Positions 1 to 9,667 of a stretch of DNA of 64,000 nt are shown here, piece by piece. The DNA is from an uncultured Actinomycetota bacterium (GTDB lineage Bacteria > Actinomycetota > Actinomycetes > JAFAQI01). The notes beneath the pieces are model-generated. The model was not told the origin of the DNA and did not search any database. It worked only from the letters and a program-made list of their open reading frames with translations. Within the stretch, counting starts at the first letter, position 1; each line of letters opens with the position of its first letter. Location: the NCBI GenBank assembly GCA_963770565.1, contig CAVYQE010000011.1:1-64000 (forward strand). The letters run 5' to 3'. Position numbers and translations under genes: made by a program.

Positions 1-803
1 GAGCAACGCGATGTACATCGTGGGCACGCCCTCGAAGACGGTGACGTGGTCGCGCTGCATCACCTCGAGGACCTTAACCGGCTCGAACCGGGGGTCAGCG
101 ACATCGTCGCGCCGAACCGCACGCAGACATTCAGCTGGCTGCACAGCCCGAAGACATGGAACAGCGGCAGCGCGACCAGGACGACGTCGTCGTCCCGCAC
201 GCCGAACAACCGGCCCGGAGTTTCGGCGTTCATATAGAGCTGGAAGTGGGTCAGCTCGGCGCCCTTGGGCTGCCCGGTCGTCCCCGAGGTGTAGACCACT
301 GCGGCGACATCGCCGGGCTCGGTCTGATGCAGGATCGGGAGCTCGGGCTGTTCGCCGCCGAGGAGTTCCTCGAACGCCGCCGAGATCGTCGGCGGAGATC
401 CCGGGGGTGCCGAGGATGTAGATCCGGTCGAGCCCGGCGTCCGCCGCACCCTTCGCGGCCTCGCCCGCGACTCCGGCCCAGGTGATGAGTGCGCGCGCAC
501 CGACGTCGGCGAGCTGATAGGCGACCTCGGGCGCCTTCAGCAGCACGTTGAGCGGTACGACGACCGATCCGGCCTTGAGGATGCCGAAGTAGGTGATGAG
601 GAGCTGGGGAATGTTCGGCAGCTGAATCGCCACCGGGTCACCCGGCTCGACGCCGACCATCGAAGCCCGGCGGCGAACCGATCGGAGAGCGTGTCGAGCT
701 CGGCGTAGGTCATCACGCCCTCGTCGAACAATGCGGCCGGCTTGGTCGGGTAGCGGTGTGCGGACTCCCGCAGAATGGTGGCGAGGTTGAATGTCATGGC
801 CAT
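1..803 (-). pseudogene. Long-chain acyl-CoA ligase, 5' part, broken by three frameshifts (~660, ~390, ~92); runs off the window edge
   Basis: Joining frames gives MTFNLATILRES...VGVEPGDPVAIQLPNIPQLLITYFGILKAG...YTSGTTGQPKG (AMP-binding P-loop)...PRFEPVKVLEVMQRDHVTVFEGVPTMY. May be an intact gene with sequence errors. Confidence 0.75.
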
Positions 804-915
804 GTCCTCTCAATGACCGGCAGGTTATAACTGGTCACCCGGCGATACCAGAGGCGCAAGTCCGTCAGGTCGTGCTTTCCGACCACCGTCCGGAGGACCT
901 ACGGCTCTGGCAGCC

Positions 916-2385
916 GTGGCGCCGACCGTCGTACGGTCGCCTCGACTAGGGAGGCGTCCCACGGACCGACTCAATCCGCTCGACGTGCGCTTCATCGACG
1001 CGGAAGACCAGGATCGGCACACCTCGATGGCGATCGCGTCGATCGCGGTCTTCGAGGGCCCGCCGCCGACGTACGACGAGTTCCTCACCGCGCTCGAGGG
1101 CCGGCTGCCGCGCGTACCCCGCTATCGGCACAAGCTGCGCACGATGCCCTGGCGGATCGGTCCGCCGGTCTGGGTGGAGGACCCGGCGTTCGACCTTCGC
1201 TTCCACGTTCGTCGTACCGCGGTACCGGCCCCGGGCGGTGACGCCGAGTTGCGTCAGCTGATGGCCCGGGTGATGGCCCAGCGGCTCGACCGGGACCGGC
1301 CGTTGTGGGAGTACTGGTTCGTCGAGGGCCTGTCCGAGGGCCGCTGGGCGCTGATCTCGAAGGTGCACCACTGCATGGTCGACGGCGTGTCCGGGACCGA
1401 CCTGTACCGGGTGATCTTCGACCTCACCCCCGAGCCTTCCGCACCGATCGCCGACGAGTGGGAGCCGGCCGGCGAGCCATCGTCGGGGCGGCTGTTGGCC
1501 GGCGCGGCACTCGACACCGTGCTGATCCCGGTCCGTGAAGCGCGGGCGCTCGGGTCGGCGCTGCGCCACCCCCGGCGGCTGGCCGGACAGACCATCGACA
1601 CCGCCCGCGGGGTACGTCGGCTCGCGACCGCGCTGCCGCCGGCGAGCCCGTCGTCGTTGAGCGGGCCGGTCGGCCAGCAGCGCCGGTTCACCTGGCTGCG
1701 CGCTGATCTCGACGACGTCAAGGCGGTCAAGCGCGAGTTCGGCGGCACTGTGAACGACGTCATCCTCGCGGCGATCACGAGTGGCTTCCGCGCGCTGCTG
1801 CTCGCGCGCGGCGAGGTGCCGGATCCGAGCATGGTGCCGTCGCTGGTGCCGGTGTCGGTCCGTGCGCCGGGCGAGGAGGGCATCTACGAGAATCGGGTGT
1901 CAGCCTTGATCGCCCACCTCCCAGTCGACGTGGCCGATCCGGTCGAGCGGCTCGCCGCAATCCATCAGCAGCTCGACGAGCTGAAGCAGAGCAACGAAGC
2001 CGACGCCGGCGAGACGTTGGTGGCGCTCGCCCGGTTCGTGCCGTACTCGATCTCGTCGTTCGCGACCCGGCTGATGATGCGGCTGCCGCAGCGGGAGATC
2101 GTCACGGTCACCACGAATGTGCCGGGCCCGCGCCAGCCGCTCTACGGGTTAGGCCGCCAGCTGATCGCGATGATCCCCTACGTCCCGATCGCCACCACGC
2201 TGCGGACCGGGATCGCGATCATCAGCTACTGCCAGGACATCACGATCGGGATCACCGGCGACTACGACACCACAGGTGATCTCGAGGTGCTGGCCCGCGG
2301 AATCGAGACCGGTATCGCGGAGCTGGTTGCAGCAGCCGGCCAGGACGCGACGGCTGCAGTCACCGGCTCCCACCGAGCCGGCTAA
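916..2385 (+). CDS. Wax ester synthase/diacylglycerol acyltransferase (WS/DGAT); likely start near 961
   Basis: Catalytic KVHHCMVDGVSG motif, LDRDRPLWE, GTVNDVILA, TNVPGPR. Confidence 0.92.
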   Translation: MAPTVVRSPRLGRRPTDRLNPLDVRFIDAEDQDRHTSMAIASIAVFEGPPPTYDEFLTALEGRLPRVPRYRHKLRTMPWRIGPPVWVEDPAFDLRFHVRRTAVPAPGGDAELRQLMARVMAQRLDRDRPLWEYWFVEGLSEGRWALISKVHHCMVDGVSGTDLYRVIFDLTPEPSAPIADEWEPAGEPSSGRLLAGAALDTVLIPVREARALGSALRHPRRLAGQTIDTARGVRRLATALPPASPSSLSGPVGQQRRFTWLRADLDDVKAVKREFGGTVNDVILAAITSGFRALLLARGEVPDPSMVPSLVPVSVRAPGEEGIYENRVSALIAHLPVDVADPVERLAAIHQQLDELKQSNEADAGETLVALARFVPYSISSFATRLMMRLPQREIVTVTTNVPGPRQPLYGLGRQLIAMIPYVPIATTLRTGIAIISYCQDITIGITGDYDTTGDLEVLARGIETGIAELVAAAGQDATAAVTGSHRAG

Positions 2386-2986
2386 GGTAGTCGTCGCTGT
2401 CCCGCGGCGCGATGAACAAACCCTCGGCCTCGGACAGCAGCACGCCGTCGAGCGTGCAGCTGCCGCGAATCCACCGCTTCCGGCCCTCGACCCGGTCGAT
2501 CCAGCCGCGGAGGGCGAGCTCCCGGTTGAGCGGTGTCGGTGCGCGGTAGTCGACCTTGAGGTACGCCGTATAGCCCGGCGCGAGCTGCACGAACCCGAGC
2601 AGCTCGTCGAAGACCGCCGCGATCCAGCCACCGTGGCAGTGCCCGGGCGGCCCTTCGTACGCCGGCCCGAACGTGATCCTCCCCACAATGTGCTGCTCGC
2701 CGTCCGGGCCGGTGACCACCTCCATCGTGAGCGGCGGTGCGATCGGGTTGTTCGGGCCGCTGACCGGGCTGAACCGGACGAAGTCGCGTGGCAGCAGGCC
2801 GGCCTCGCTGACCTCCCACGACCGGGCGCGTTCCGGCAGGGCGTCGAGCTGCTCGGCGAAAGCGTTGGCCGCGTCGGCGGCGCGGGCGAGCTGGTCCGCG
2901 CGTGGTCGAACCACTGCGAGCCTGGCGATGATCCGGCGCAGCGCCTCCGCCAGCGCTCGCGACGCCTGCCGGGTGTCCTCGTCCAC
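2360..2986 (-). CDS. PaaI/hotdog-fold thioesterase
   Basis: GPAYEGPPGHCHGGWIAAVFDELLG, VDYRAPTP. Confidence 0.85.
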   Translation of the reverse strand: MDEDTRQASRALAEALRRIIARLAVVRPRADQLARAADAANAFAEQLDALPERARSWEVSEAGLLPRDFVRFSPVSGPNNPIAPPLTMEVVTGPDGEQHIVGRITFGPAYEGPPGHCHGGWIAAVFDELLGFVQLAPGYTAYLKVDYRAPTPLNRELALRGWIDRVEGRKRWIRGSCTLDGVLLSEAEGLFIAPRDSDDYLSRLGGSR

Positions 2987-3037
2987 GTGGTGCAGCTCCG
3001 TTTCTCCCGCCGGTCGGCGGTCAGTCCTTGAAGTGGT

Positions 3038-3844
3038 TCAGTCCTTGAAGTCCGGTGCCCGCTTCTCGCGGCGGGCGCTGACCGCTTCCTCGAAGTTCCG
3101 GGTGGTCAGCCGGACGTAGAGCTGCGCCAGCCCTTCGTGGTCCATGTGCGCGGTCAGGCTCGACGCGTCGAGGCTCGACGCCAGCATCCGCTTGGTCAAT
3201 TCGACGCCGGTCCGGCTGAACCCGATGATCCGCTCGGCGATCTCGAAGCACCGCTCGAGCAACGCCTCAGGTGGCACGACCTGCGAGACGAGGCCGATCC
3301 GCTCGGCCTCGACCGCGTCGACGTCGCGTCCGGTCAGCATGATCTCGGCCGCCCGGGCCGAGCCGATCGCGCGGGGGAGCAGGTAGCTGATGCCGAGCTC
3401 GCTCGCGGTCAGGCCGTTGGTGATGCCGGCCGCGCGAAAGTACGCCGGCTGCGCTGCCACCCGCAGGTCGCACGCCAGGGCCAGGCAGAACCCGCCCCCG
3501 ATCGCCGGGCCGTTGACCGCGGCGATCACCGGTTGGTGCATGCCGCGCACGGTGGTGACCACCTTCTCCAGCAGCTCCATCGAACGCAGCGCGACGGTGG
3601 CCAGGGTGAGCCCGTCGATATCGGGCACCCGGCCCGGGTCCTCGAGGTCCGCCCCCGAGCAGAAGGCCCGGCCGGCTCCGGTCAGGACAACCACGCGGAC
3701 GTCGTTGTCGCGGCTGACCGACTCGAGTGCCTCGCGCAGCGGGACCATCACGTCGAACGCCATCGAGTTCATCCGGTCGGGCCGGTTGAGGGTCACCGAC
3801 GCGACCTGCGGTTGCGGCCGTTCGATCTGTACGAACTCGCTCAC
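3038..3844 (-). CDS. Enoyl-CoA hydratase/isomerase
   Basis: LNRPDRMNSM, AFCSGADL, IAAVNGPAIGGG; GTG at 3844 overlaps the upstream stop (GTGA). Confidence 0.9.
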   Translation of the reverse strand: MSEFVQIERPQPQVASVTLNRPDRMNSMAFDVMVPLREALESVSRDNDVRVVVLTGAGRAFCSGADLEDPGRVPDIDGLTLATVALRSMELLEKVVTTVRGMHQPVIAAVNGPAIGGGFCLALACDLRVAAQPAYFRAAGITNGLTASELGISYLLPRAIGSARAAEIMLTGRDVDAVEAERIGLVSQVVPPEALLERCFEIAERIIGFSRTGVELTKRMLASSLDASSLTAHMDHEGLAQLYVRLTTRNFEEAVSARREKRAPDFKD

Positions 3845-4308
3845 GGCGCACCGAGGTCGGTGTCGGCGAGGCCGGTGATGGTGTAGCTGCGGATCTGCGT
3901 GCGGGCGCTGAACCGCCAGCCGTCGGGTGTTCGCGCGAATTCGTCGTCGTACCAGAGCCCGATCAGCCAGACTGACCTCTGGTTGCCGGGCCTGGTCGAC
4001 ACCATCGGGTTGCTGCAGGAGGTGCGCGCGGTGGCGGTGTCGCCGTGCACCTCGATGTATGGCAGGCCCATCATGTGCTGGCTGTGTGCGAACAACGGCA
4101 GCGACGCGGCGAGGAACGCCTTGATCTCCGCGAGACCGCCGACCGGTCCGTTGAACGTGGTGAAGTCGATCCGCGCGTCCGCGGTGAACATCGGGTCGAG
4201 CGCATCGAAGTCGCGGTTGTCGATCACGACCGCGTAGCGGGCGATGAGGTCCTGGATCGCGAGCCGGTCCGCGACCTCGGCCGCGCCGTAGCCGGTGGTG
4301 CTGGTCAT
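3841..4308 (-). CDS. NTF2/SnoaL-like protein
   Basis: DRLAIQDLIARYAVVID...WYDDEFARTPDGWRF; ATGA coupling to the ligase gene. Confidence 0.85.
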   Translation of the reverse strand: MTSTTGYGAAEVADRLAIQDLIARYAVVIDNRDFDALDPMFTADARIDFTTFNGPVGGLAEIKAFLAASLPLFAHSQHMMGLPYIEVHGDTATARTSCSNPMVSTRPGNQRSVWLIGLWYDDEFARTPDGWRFSARTQIRSYTITGLADTDLGAP

Positions 4309-5933
4309 GAGGCCGGGTGATGCGCCTCGGCGGTGGCGCGCGCCCACGCATAGTCGGCCTTGCCCGCCGGGGTGCGTTCGACCGTGTCGACCAGGACGAC
4401 TTCGCGCGGCAGCTTGTAGCTCGCGAGCGCGGTGGCGCCGTGCGCCCGCAGGGAGTCGAGGTCCGGCTCGGCGCCGGGTGCGGCGGCGACGACGGCGACG
4501 ATCCGTTGGCCCCAGCGCTCGTCCGGCAGGCCCACGACCACCACGTCGGCAACCTCCGGGCAGGTCATCAGGACCGTCTCGACCTCCTCCGGATAGACCT
4601 TCTCGCCGCCGGTGTTGATCGAGGTCGAGCCGCGGCCAAGCAGCACGACCGTTCCGTCGGCGTCGACGGTCGCATGGTCGCCCGGCATCACCCAGCGCTC
4701 GCCGTCGACCTCGAGGAAGGTCGCTGCGGTCTTCGACTCGTCGTTGTAGTAGCCGAGCGGCACGTGGCCCTTTCGGGCCAGCCGGCCGACCTCACCAGAA
4801 CCGGGGGTGACCGGCCGGCCGGCATCGTCCAACACCTGGGTCTGCGCATTTACGGTGAACCGCGGCGCGGTTGATGCGTCACCGGCTGCGTGCAGCTTGC
4901 TGCCGAGGATGCCGGTCTCCGATGACCCGAAGCCGTCGACCACCATGACCGACGGCAGTTGCTCGGTGAGCTTTGCCTTTGCGGCACTCGACAGGACCGC
5001 GCCGCCCGAGCCGATCACGATCAGCGACGACACGTCGTACGGCGATCCGGCTGCGGCTGCCTGCTCGATCGATTCGGCGAGTGGTACTGCCATCGCGTCG
5101 CCGACGATGGTGAGGATGTTGACCCCTTCGGCCGCCACCAGCGACCAGACCGCGTCGGCGTCGAACCGGCCGGGTGGCGGGAAGACGATCCGGCCACCGG
5201 CGAACATTGAGTGGAACACGCCCCATTGGGCGCTCACATGCATCAGCGGCGGGGTGGTGAGGATGGTGCCGCCCACCTCGGGCATCCGCTCGAGGAGCTC
5301 CTCGGGCGCGGCGATGAAGTTGCCGGACTGGAAGAGATCGCCACCGCCCATGGCGGCGAAGAAGATGTCCTCCTGCCGCCAGACGACGCCCTTCGGCATG
5401 CCGGTGGTGCCGCCGGTGTAGGCGACGTAGCGGTCATCACCTGATCGGTCGGCACCGTCGGGTCGAGCGGTCGGTGCGCCCGCGAGCGCGGCGTCGTAGT
5501 CGATCGCGCCGGCCGGCAGTTCTTCGTCGCTGCCGTCATCGACCGAGATCAGCGTCCGGACCGTGGTGGGGGCGGCCACCGCGGCGGCGACCCGCGACCC
5601 GAACTGCCGGTGGTGGATGACGACGACTAGGTCGGCGTCGTCGTAGAGGTGGCGCAGCTCGGCCGCGACGTACCGGAAGTTGATGTTGATCGGCACCGCG
5701 GAGAGCTTGAACGCGGCCAGCATGCCCTCGAGGTATTCCGACCCGTTGAGCAGCTGCAAGCCGACGTGATCACCGGCGCCGACCCCGCGCTCGGCGAGGA
5801 CGTGGGCCAGCGCGTTGGCCCGGCGATCGAGCTCGGCGTAGCTCAGCCGCCGGGCCGGGGAGACGATGACCTCGCGCTCCGGCGCAGCATCGACGACGCG
5901 TTCGAACAGGTCGGCGAGATTGAACCCGGGCAA
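4305..5933 (-). CDS. Acyl-CoA synthetase, FadD19-like paralogue
   Basis: FNLADLFE, YTGGTTGMPKGVVWRQED, HVPLGYYND, INTGGEKVYPEEVE; TTG start inferred. Confidence 0.88.
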   Translation of the reverse strand: MPGFNLADLFERVVDAAPEREVIVSPARRLSYAELDRRANALAHVLAERGVGAGDHVGLQLLNGSEYLEGMLAAFKLSAVPININFRYVAAELRHLYDDADLVVVIHHRQFGSRVAAAVAAPTTVRTLISVDDGSDEELPAGAIDYDAALAGAPTARPDGADRSGDDRYVAYTGGTTGMPKGVVWRQEDIFFAAMGGGDLFQSGNFIAAPEELLERMPEVGGTILTTPPLMHVSAQWGVFHSMFAGGRIVFPPPGRFDADAVWSLVAAEGVNILTIVGDAMAVPLAESIEQAAAAGSPYDVSSLIVIGSGGAVLSSAAKAKLTEQLPSVMVVDGFGSSETGILGSKLHAAGDASTAPRFTVNAQTQVLDDAGRPVTPGSGEVGRLARKGHVPLGYYNDESKTAATFLEVDGERWVMPGDHATVDADGTVVLLGRGSTSINTGGEKVYPEEVETVLMTCPEVADVVVVGLPDERWGQRIVAVVAAAPGAEPDLDSLRAHGATALASYKLPREVVLVDTVERTPAGKADYAWARATAEAHHPAS

Positions 5934-5943
5934 CGCGTCGGGA

Positions 5944-6471
5944 CTAGGACGGGCAGCCGGGGACGGGCTTGCCGCCCGCGCCGAGCACGACGAGCTGGCA
6001 GAAGGTGACCTTCGAGACCTTCCAGACGCCGCCGTCGAGGACCGCGGTGCCGTCGGCCTTCGGCAGCAGCTTGGTCTTCCCGCCGAACAGCGTGTAGACC
6101 ACTGCCGCACTCATCCCGTCGGAGCTGAAGGTGATCTTCCGGACGATCGCCGACTCCGAGACCTTCTCCTTCTTCGCGATCTTTGCCGCGAAGCTGACCG
6201 CCGGGCCGAGGCTCGCGCCGTCCTGCAGCAGGCTGACCGACACGGAATGCGGAGTGCTCGACTTGAAGAAGGTCGCCCAGTTCTTCTTCAGCTGCTTGGT
6301 CGCGGCCGCGATGCCGGCGGCGCCGGTAGCGACCGGGCCCGGCGCGGCGGACGTGGGGGGAGTGCTCGTGGTCGGGCTGGTGGTCGGCCCGCCGCCGCCG
6401 CTGCTGCTCGAGCTGCACCCGGCGAGCACGAAGAGCACGGACAGAACGAGCGCAACCGGAAGCTTCCGCAT
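5944..6471 (-). CDS. Lys-rich lipoprotein, function unknown
   Basis: MRKLPVALVLSVLFVLAGC lipobox, S/T/P linker, C-terminal WKVSKVTFC...C. Confidence 0.75.
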   Translation of the reverse strand: MRKLPVALVLSVLFVLAGCSSSSSGGGGPTTSPTTSTPPTSAAPGPVATGAAGIAAATKQLKKNWATFFKSSTPHSVSVSLLQDGASLGPAVSFAAKIAKKEKVSESAIVRKITFSSDGMSAAVVYTLFGGKTKLLPKADGTAVLDGGVWKVSKVTFCQLVVLGAGGKPVPGCPS

Positions 6472-6487
6472 GACCCGACCGTACCGT

Positions 6488-6506
6488 ATCTGACGGGTCG
6501 TCACAT
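6488..6506. promoter_or_regulatory. CTGAC-N5-GTCAG-type palindromic operator, copy 1
   Basis: ATCTGACGGGTCGTCACAT between the divergent lipoprotein/ligase operon and the ALDH gene. Confidence 0.65.
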
Positions 6507-6560
6507 AATGGTCCGACCGTGGTCAGACCGCGTCTCGCGGCGTTCGGCGAAGGGATCGCA

Positions 6561-8009
6561 GTGACCGATTTCGAGCAGCTTCTGATCGGTGGTGAGTGGG
6601 TTGCACCCGCCTCGAACAGCCGTTTCGAGGTGCATTCACCAGCGACGCTCGAACTCGTCGGTTCGACCCCGGAGGGAGCCGAGGCCGACATCGACGCGGC
6701 GGTCGCGGCGGCGCGACGGGCGTTCGACCATGGCCCGTGGCCGACCACTTCGCCGGTCGACCGGGCCAAGGTGATCGCGCGGTTCGGCGAGCTGCTCGCC
6801 GAGCGGCTGCCGGAGTTCAAGACTGTGCTGACCGAGGAGATGGGCGCGCCCGGCGCGACCGTCGAGATGATGATGTACACGCCGGCGAGCGCCGTACTCG
6901 GCGTGTTCAACGAGCTGGCGACCAGCTTTCCCTGGGAAGAGACCCGCACCGGGTTGTTCGGGCAGAGCGTGGTGCGGCGTGAGCCGGTCGGAGTGGTGGC
7001 CGCGATCATTCCGTGGAACGTGCCGCTGTTCATCGCCATCAACAAGCTCGTGCCGGCGCTGCTCGCCGGGTGCACGGTGATCCTCAAGCCGGCGCCCGAG
7101 ACCCCGATCGACGCGTTGATGCTCGGCGCGCTGTTCGTCGAAGCTGGTCTGCCGGAGGGCGTGTTGTCGGTGGTGCCGGCGGACCGCACCGTGAGTGAGT
7201 ACCTGGTCACCCACCCCGGGGTCGACAAGGTGTCGTTCACCGGGTCGACCGCGGCCGGTCGTCGAGTCGGATCGCTGGCGACCGAGCGGCTGAAGCGGGT
7301 GTCGCTCGAGCTGGGAGGGAAGTCCGCCGCGATCGTGTTGGACGACGTCGACCTGGCCTCGAGCGCGTTCATGATCGCGTTCTCCGGGTTGATGAACAGC
7401 GGCCAGGCATGTGTCGCGCAGACCCGAATCCTCGCGCCCCGCTCGCGTTACGACGAGATCACCGAGGCGATCGTGGCGTCGGCCGCGATGATGAGCGTCG
7501 GTGACCCGAGCGACCCGGCCACCCAGCTCGGCCCCTTGGTCGCCGAGCGGCAGCGCGACCGGGTCGAGGGCTACATCGAGGCGGGCAAGTCCGAGGGGGC
7601 TCGGCTCGTGCTCGACGGCACCCGTCCGGCCGGGCTCGACCGGGGCTGGTACGTCGGCCCGACCGTGTTCGCCGACGTCGACAACGCGATGACGATCGCA
7701 CGGGAGGAGATCTTCGGCCCGGTGCTGTCGCTGATTCCCTACGAGACTGAGGCCGAGGCGCTGGCGATCGCGAACGACAGCGACTATGGGCTGGCCGGCT
7801 CGGTGTGGACCGCCGATATCGACCACGGCTTCGAGATCGCGACCAAGGTCCGCACCGGTACCTACGGCATCAACTGGTACGCCTTCGACATGGGTTCGCC
7901 GTTCGGCGGCTACAAGTGTTCAGGCATCGGGCGCGAGGACGGGCCGGAAGGGCTGGCCGCGTTCTGCGAGCTCAAGTCGATCCTGATGCCGCTCGGCTAC
8001 ACTGGCTGA
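6561..8009 (+). CDS. Aldehyde dehydrogenase
   Basis: IIPWN, FTGSTAAG, LELGGKS, NSGQACVA, EEIFGPV; GAAGGGA RBS. Confidence 0.95.
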   Translation: MTDFEQLLIGGEWVAPASNSRFEVHSPATLELVGSTPEGAEADIDAAVAAARRAFDHGPWPTTSPVDRAKVIARFGELLAERLPEFKTVLTEEMGAPGATVEMMMYTPASAVLGVFNELATSFPWEETRTGLFGQSVVRREPVGVVAAIIPWNVPLFIAINKLVPALLAGCTVILKPAPETPIDALMLGALFVEAGLPEGVLSVVPADRTVSEYLVTHPGVDKVSFTGSTAAGRRVGSLATERLKRVSLELGGKSAAIVLDDVDLASSAFMIAFSGLMNSGQACVAQTRILAPRSRYDEITEAIVASAAMMSVGDPSDPATQLGPLVAERQRDRVEGYIEAGKSEGARLVLDGTRPAGLDRGWYVGPTVFADVDNAMTIAREEIFGPVLSLIPYETEAEALAIANDSDYGLAGSVWTADIDHGFEIATKVRTGTYGINWYAFDMGSPFGGYKCSGIGREDGPEGLAAFCELKSILMPLGYTG

Positions 8010-8198
8010 GCGCGGCTGAGTGGCCCGCCCTCGGCGAGGTCCAGACCGAGGACGGAGGTGCCACGGTGCCAAGGACTCGGCGGCTACTGCTCCGCCGATC
8101 CCGCTCACGGCACCTGTCATGAGGGCCCGCCGGTCCAGCCGGACGGCCGCTCACCTGTGTACGGTACCCAATCTCGGGCGGTTCATCCATCCCAATCG

Positions 8199-8212
8199 TG
8201 GAATCGGTTGCT
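8199..8212. promoter_or_regulatory. Possible LacI-family operator
   Basis: TGGAATCGGTTGCT resembles TGnnAnCGnTnnCA; lies upstream of a LacI gene. Confidence 0.35.
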
Positions 8213-8592
8213 AAGGGCTTGATCCGGAGTCCGCTGGCGTCGGAAGGGCTGCGGACCGGCCGGACGCAGGTTGATTGGAAAGGATTTCACGGAACCGGGT
8301 TCGGAAATCATTGTGCTGAATTCGATGGATGAGTCATGACGGATACGACGCGTCACCTAGCGCACAATGTGTGCCTCATCGATCAGTCAATCCGCTCGCT
8401 TTCAGCGGCGGCCGGGTGCGGATCTGACTAGTCAAAGTGGGCCGGAACAGATTGCAGGCGGCGTCGTACCTGGCTGCTATTGTCCGAACCGATACCGCCT
8501 GCAAGTGGCGGTCCGGGGACGAAGGCATCCAGTCATGCAGGCACCGATCCCTCAGGTTCGCCGGGCGTCCCGCCCGTGACGCGGGCCACGGA

Positions 8593-9624
8593 ATGAGCAC
8601 TCGGGACACCCGCCGGGTCGGCATGAGGGATGTCGCCGAGCGGGCCGGAGTGGCGATCTCCTCGGTCTCGAGGGTCCTGTCGGGCAATCCCGATGTGTCC
8701 ACCGTCATGCGCAACCGGGTCGAGGACGCGGTCGCAGCGCTGGGCTACGAGCGAGATCTCATCGCGCAGAGCATGCGCAGCGGTCGGACGATGTCGATCG
8801 GGTTCGTCGCGATCGACGTTGCCAACCCGGTGATCGCCGCGAACTCGGCCGGTGCGGTCAGCGAGCTGCGCAAGTCCGGCTACAGCCTGTTGATGAGCAA
8901 CTCGCGCGGTGACCCTGCGCTCGACGCCGAGCACATTCGGCACTTCGAGCTGCGCCGGGTCGACGGCCTGCTGCTCTCGTTGGCCGATGAGCGCGATTCG
9001 CGCACCCTCGACGCGCTACGCCGGTTCGACGGGCCGATCGTCTTGATCGACCGGACCGTTGCGCCGGACATCCCGGCCGGCGCCATTGTCCACGACTACG
9101 TCGAGGGCATGGTCCCGGCCGCCGAGCACCTGCTGTCGCTCGGGCACCGCCGGCTGGCCATGATCAACGGCGCGCCGAACGTCCGACCGTCCCGCGAACG
9201 GGCCAACGCGGTGCGGCGCGCGATCAAGGGCTGGCCCGGCGCGACCCTGGTCGCGCGGGCCGGCTCATATTCGGCCGAGCATGGCTACGACGCGACGATC
9301 GCGATCTTCCGGGAGACCCCGACCCCCACCGCGGTGATCGTCGGGGGCAACCAGATCCTGCAGGGTGTGATGCGCGCGCTGCGGCACCTGCACCTGCGCA
9401 TCCCCGACGACGTCAGCCTGGTCAGCTTCGACAGCGTCCCGCTCGCGGAGTTCCTCGAGCCGCCGCTGGCGCATGTCACCCGCGATCCAATCGAGGTCGG
9501 CCGGCAGGCCGCGGCCCAGCTGCTCGAGCAGATCCGTGGGGCCGCGCCGCGGACGGTGACCCTGCCCACCGAGTACGTGCCGGCCGGAAGCTGTGGCCCA
9601 CCGCGACCGGACCGCCGTTCTTGA
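8593..9624 (+). CDS. LacI-family transcriptional regulator
   Basis: MRDVAERAGVAISSVSRVLSG HTH; LGHRRLAMING; IPDDVSLVSFD. Confidence 0.93.
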   Translation: MSTRDTRRVGMRDVAERAGVAISSVSRVLSGNPDVSTVMRNRVEDAVAALGYERDLIAQSMRSGRTMSIGFVAIDVANPVIAANSAGAVSELRKSGYSLLMSNSRGDPALDAEHIRHFELRRVDGLLLSLADERDSRTLDALRRFDGPIVLIDRTVAPDIPAGAIVHDYVEGMVPAAEHLLSLGHRRLAMINGAPNVRPSRERANAVRRAIKGWPGATLVARAGSYSAEHGYDATIAIFRETPTPTAVIVGGNQILQGVMRALRHLHLRIPDDVSLVSFDSVPLAEFLEPPLAHVTRDPIEVGRQAAAQLLEQIRGAAPRTVTLPTEYVPAGSCGPPRPDRRS

Positions 9625-9667
9625 CCGCTCGAACGCGCCTTCCATTCCCTGGTGCACAATCCATCCG

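Noticed and set aside
6511-6529. TCCGACCGTGGTCAGA as a seventh operator
   Set aside because: 4-bp spacer and a mismatched arm, unlike the six consistent copies.
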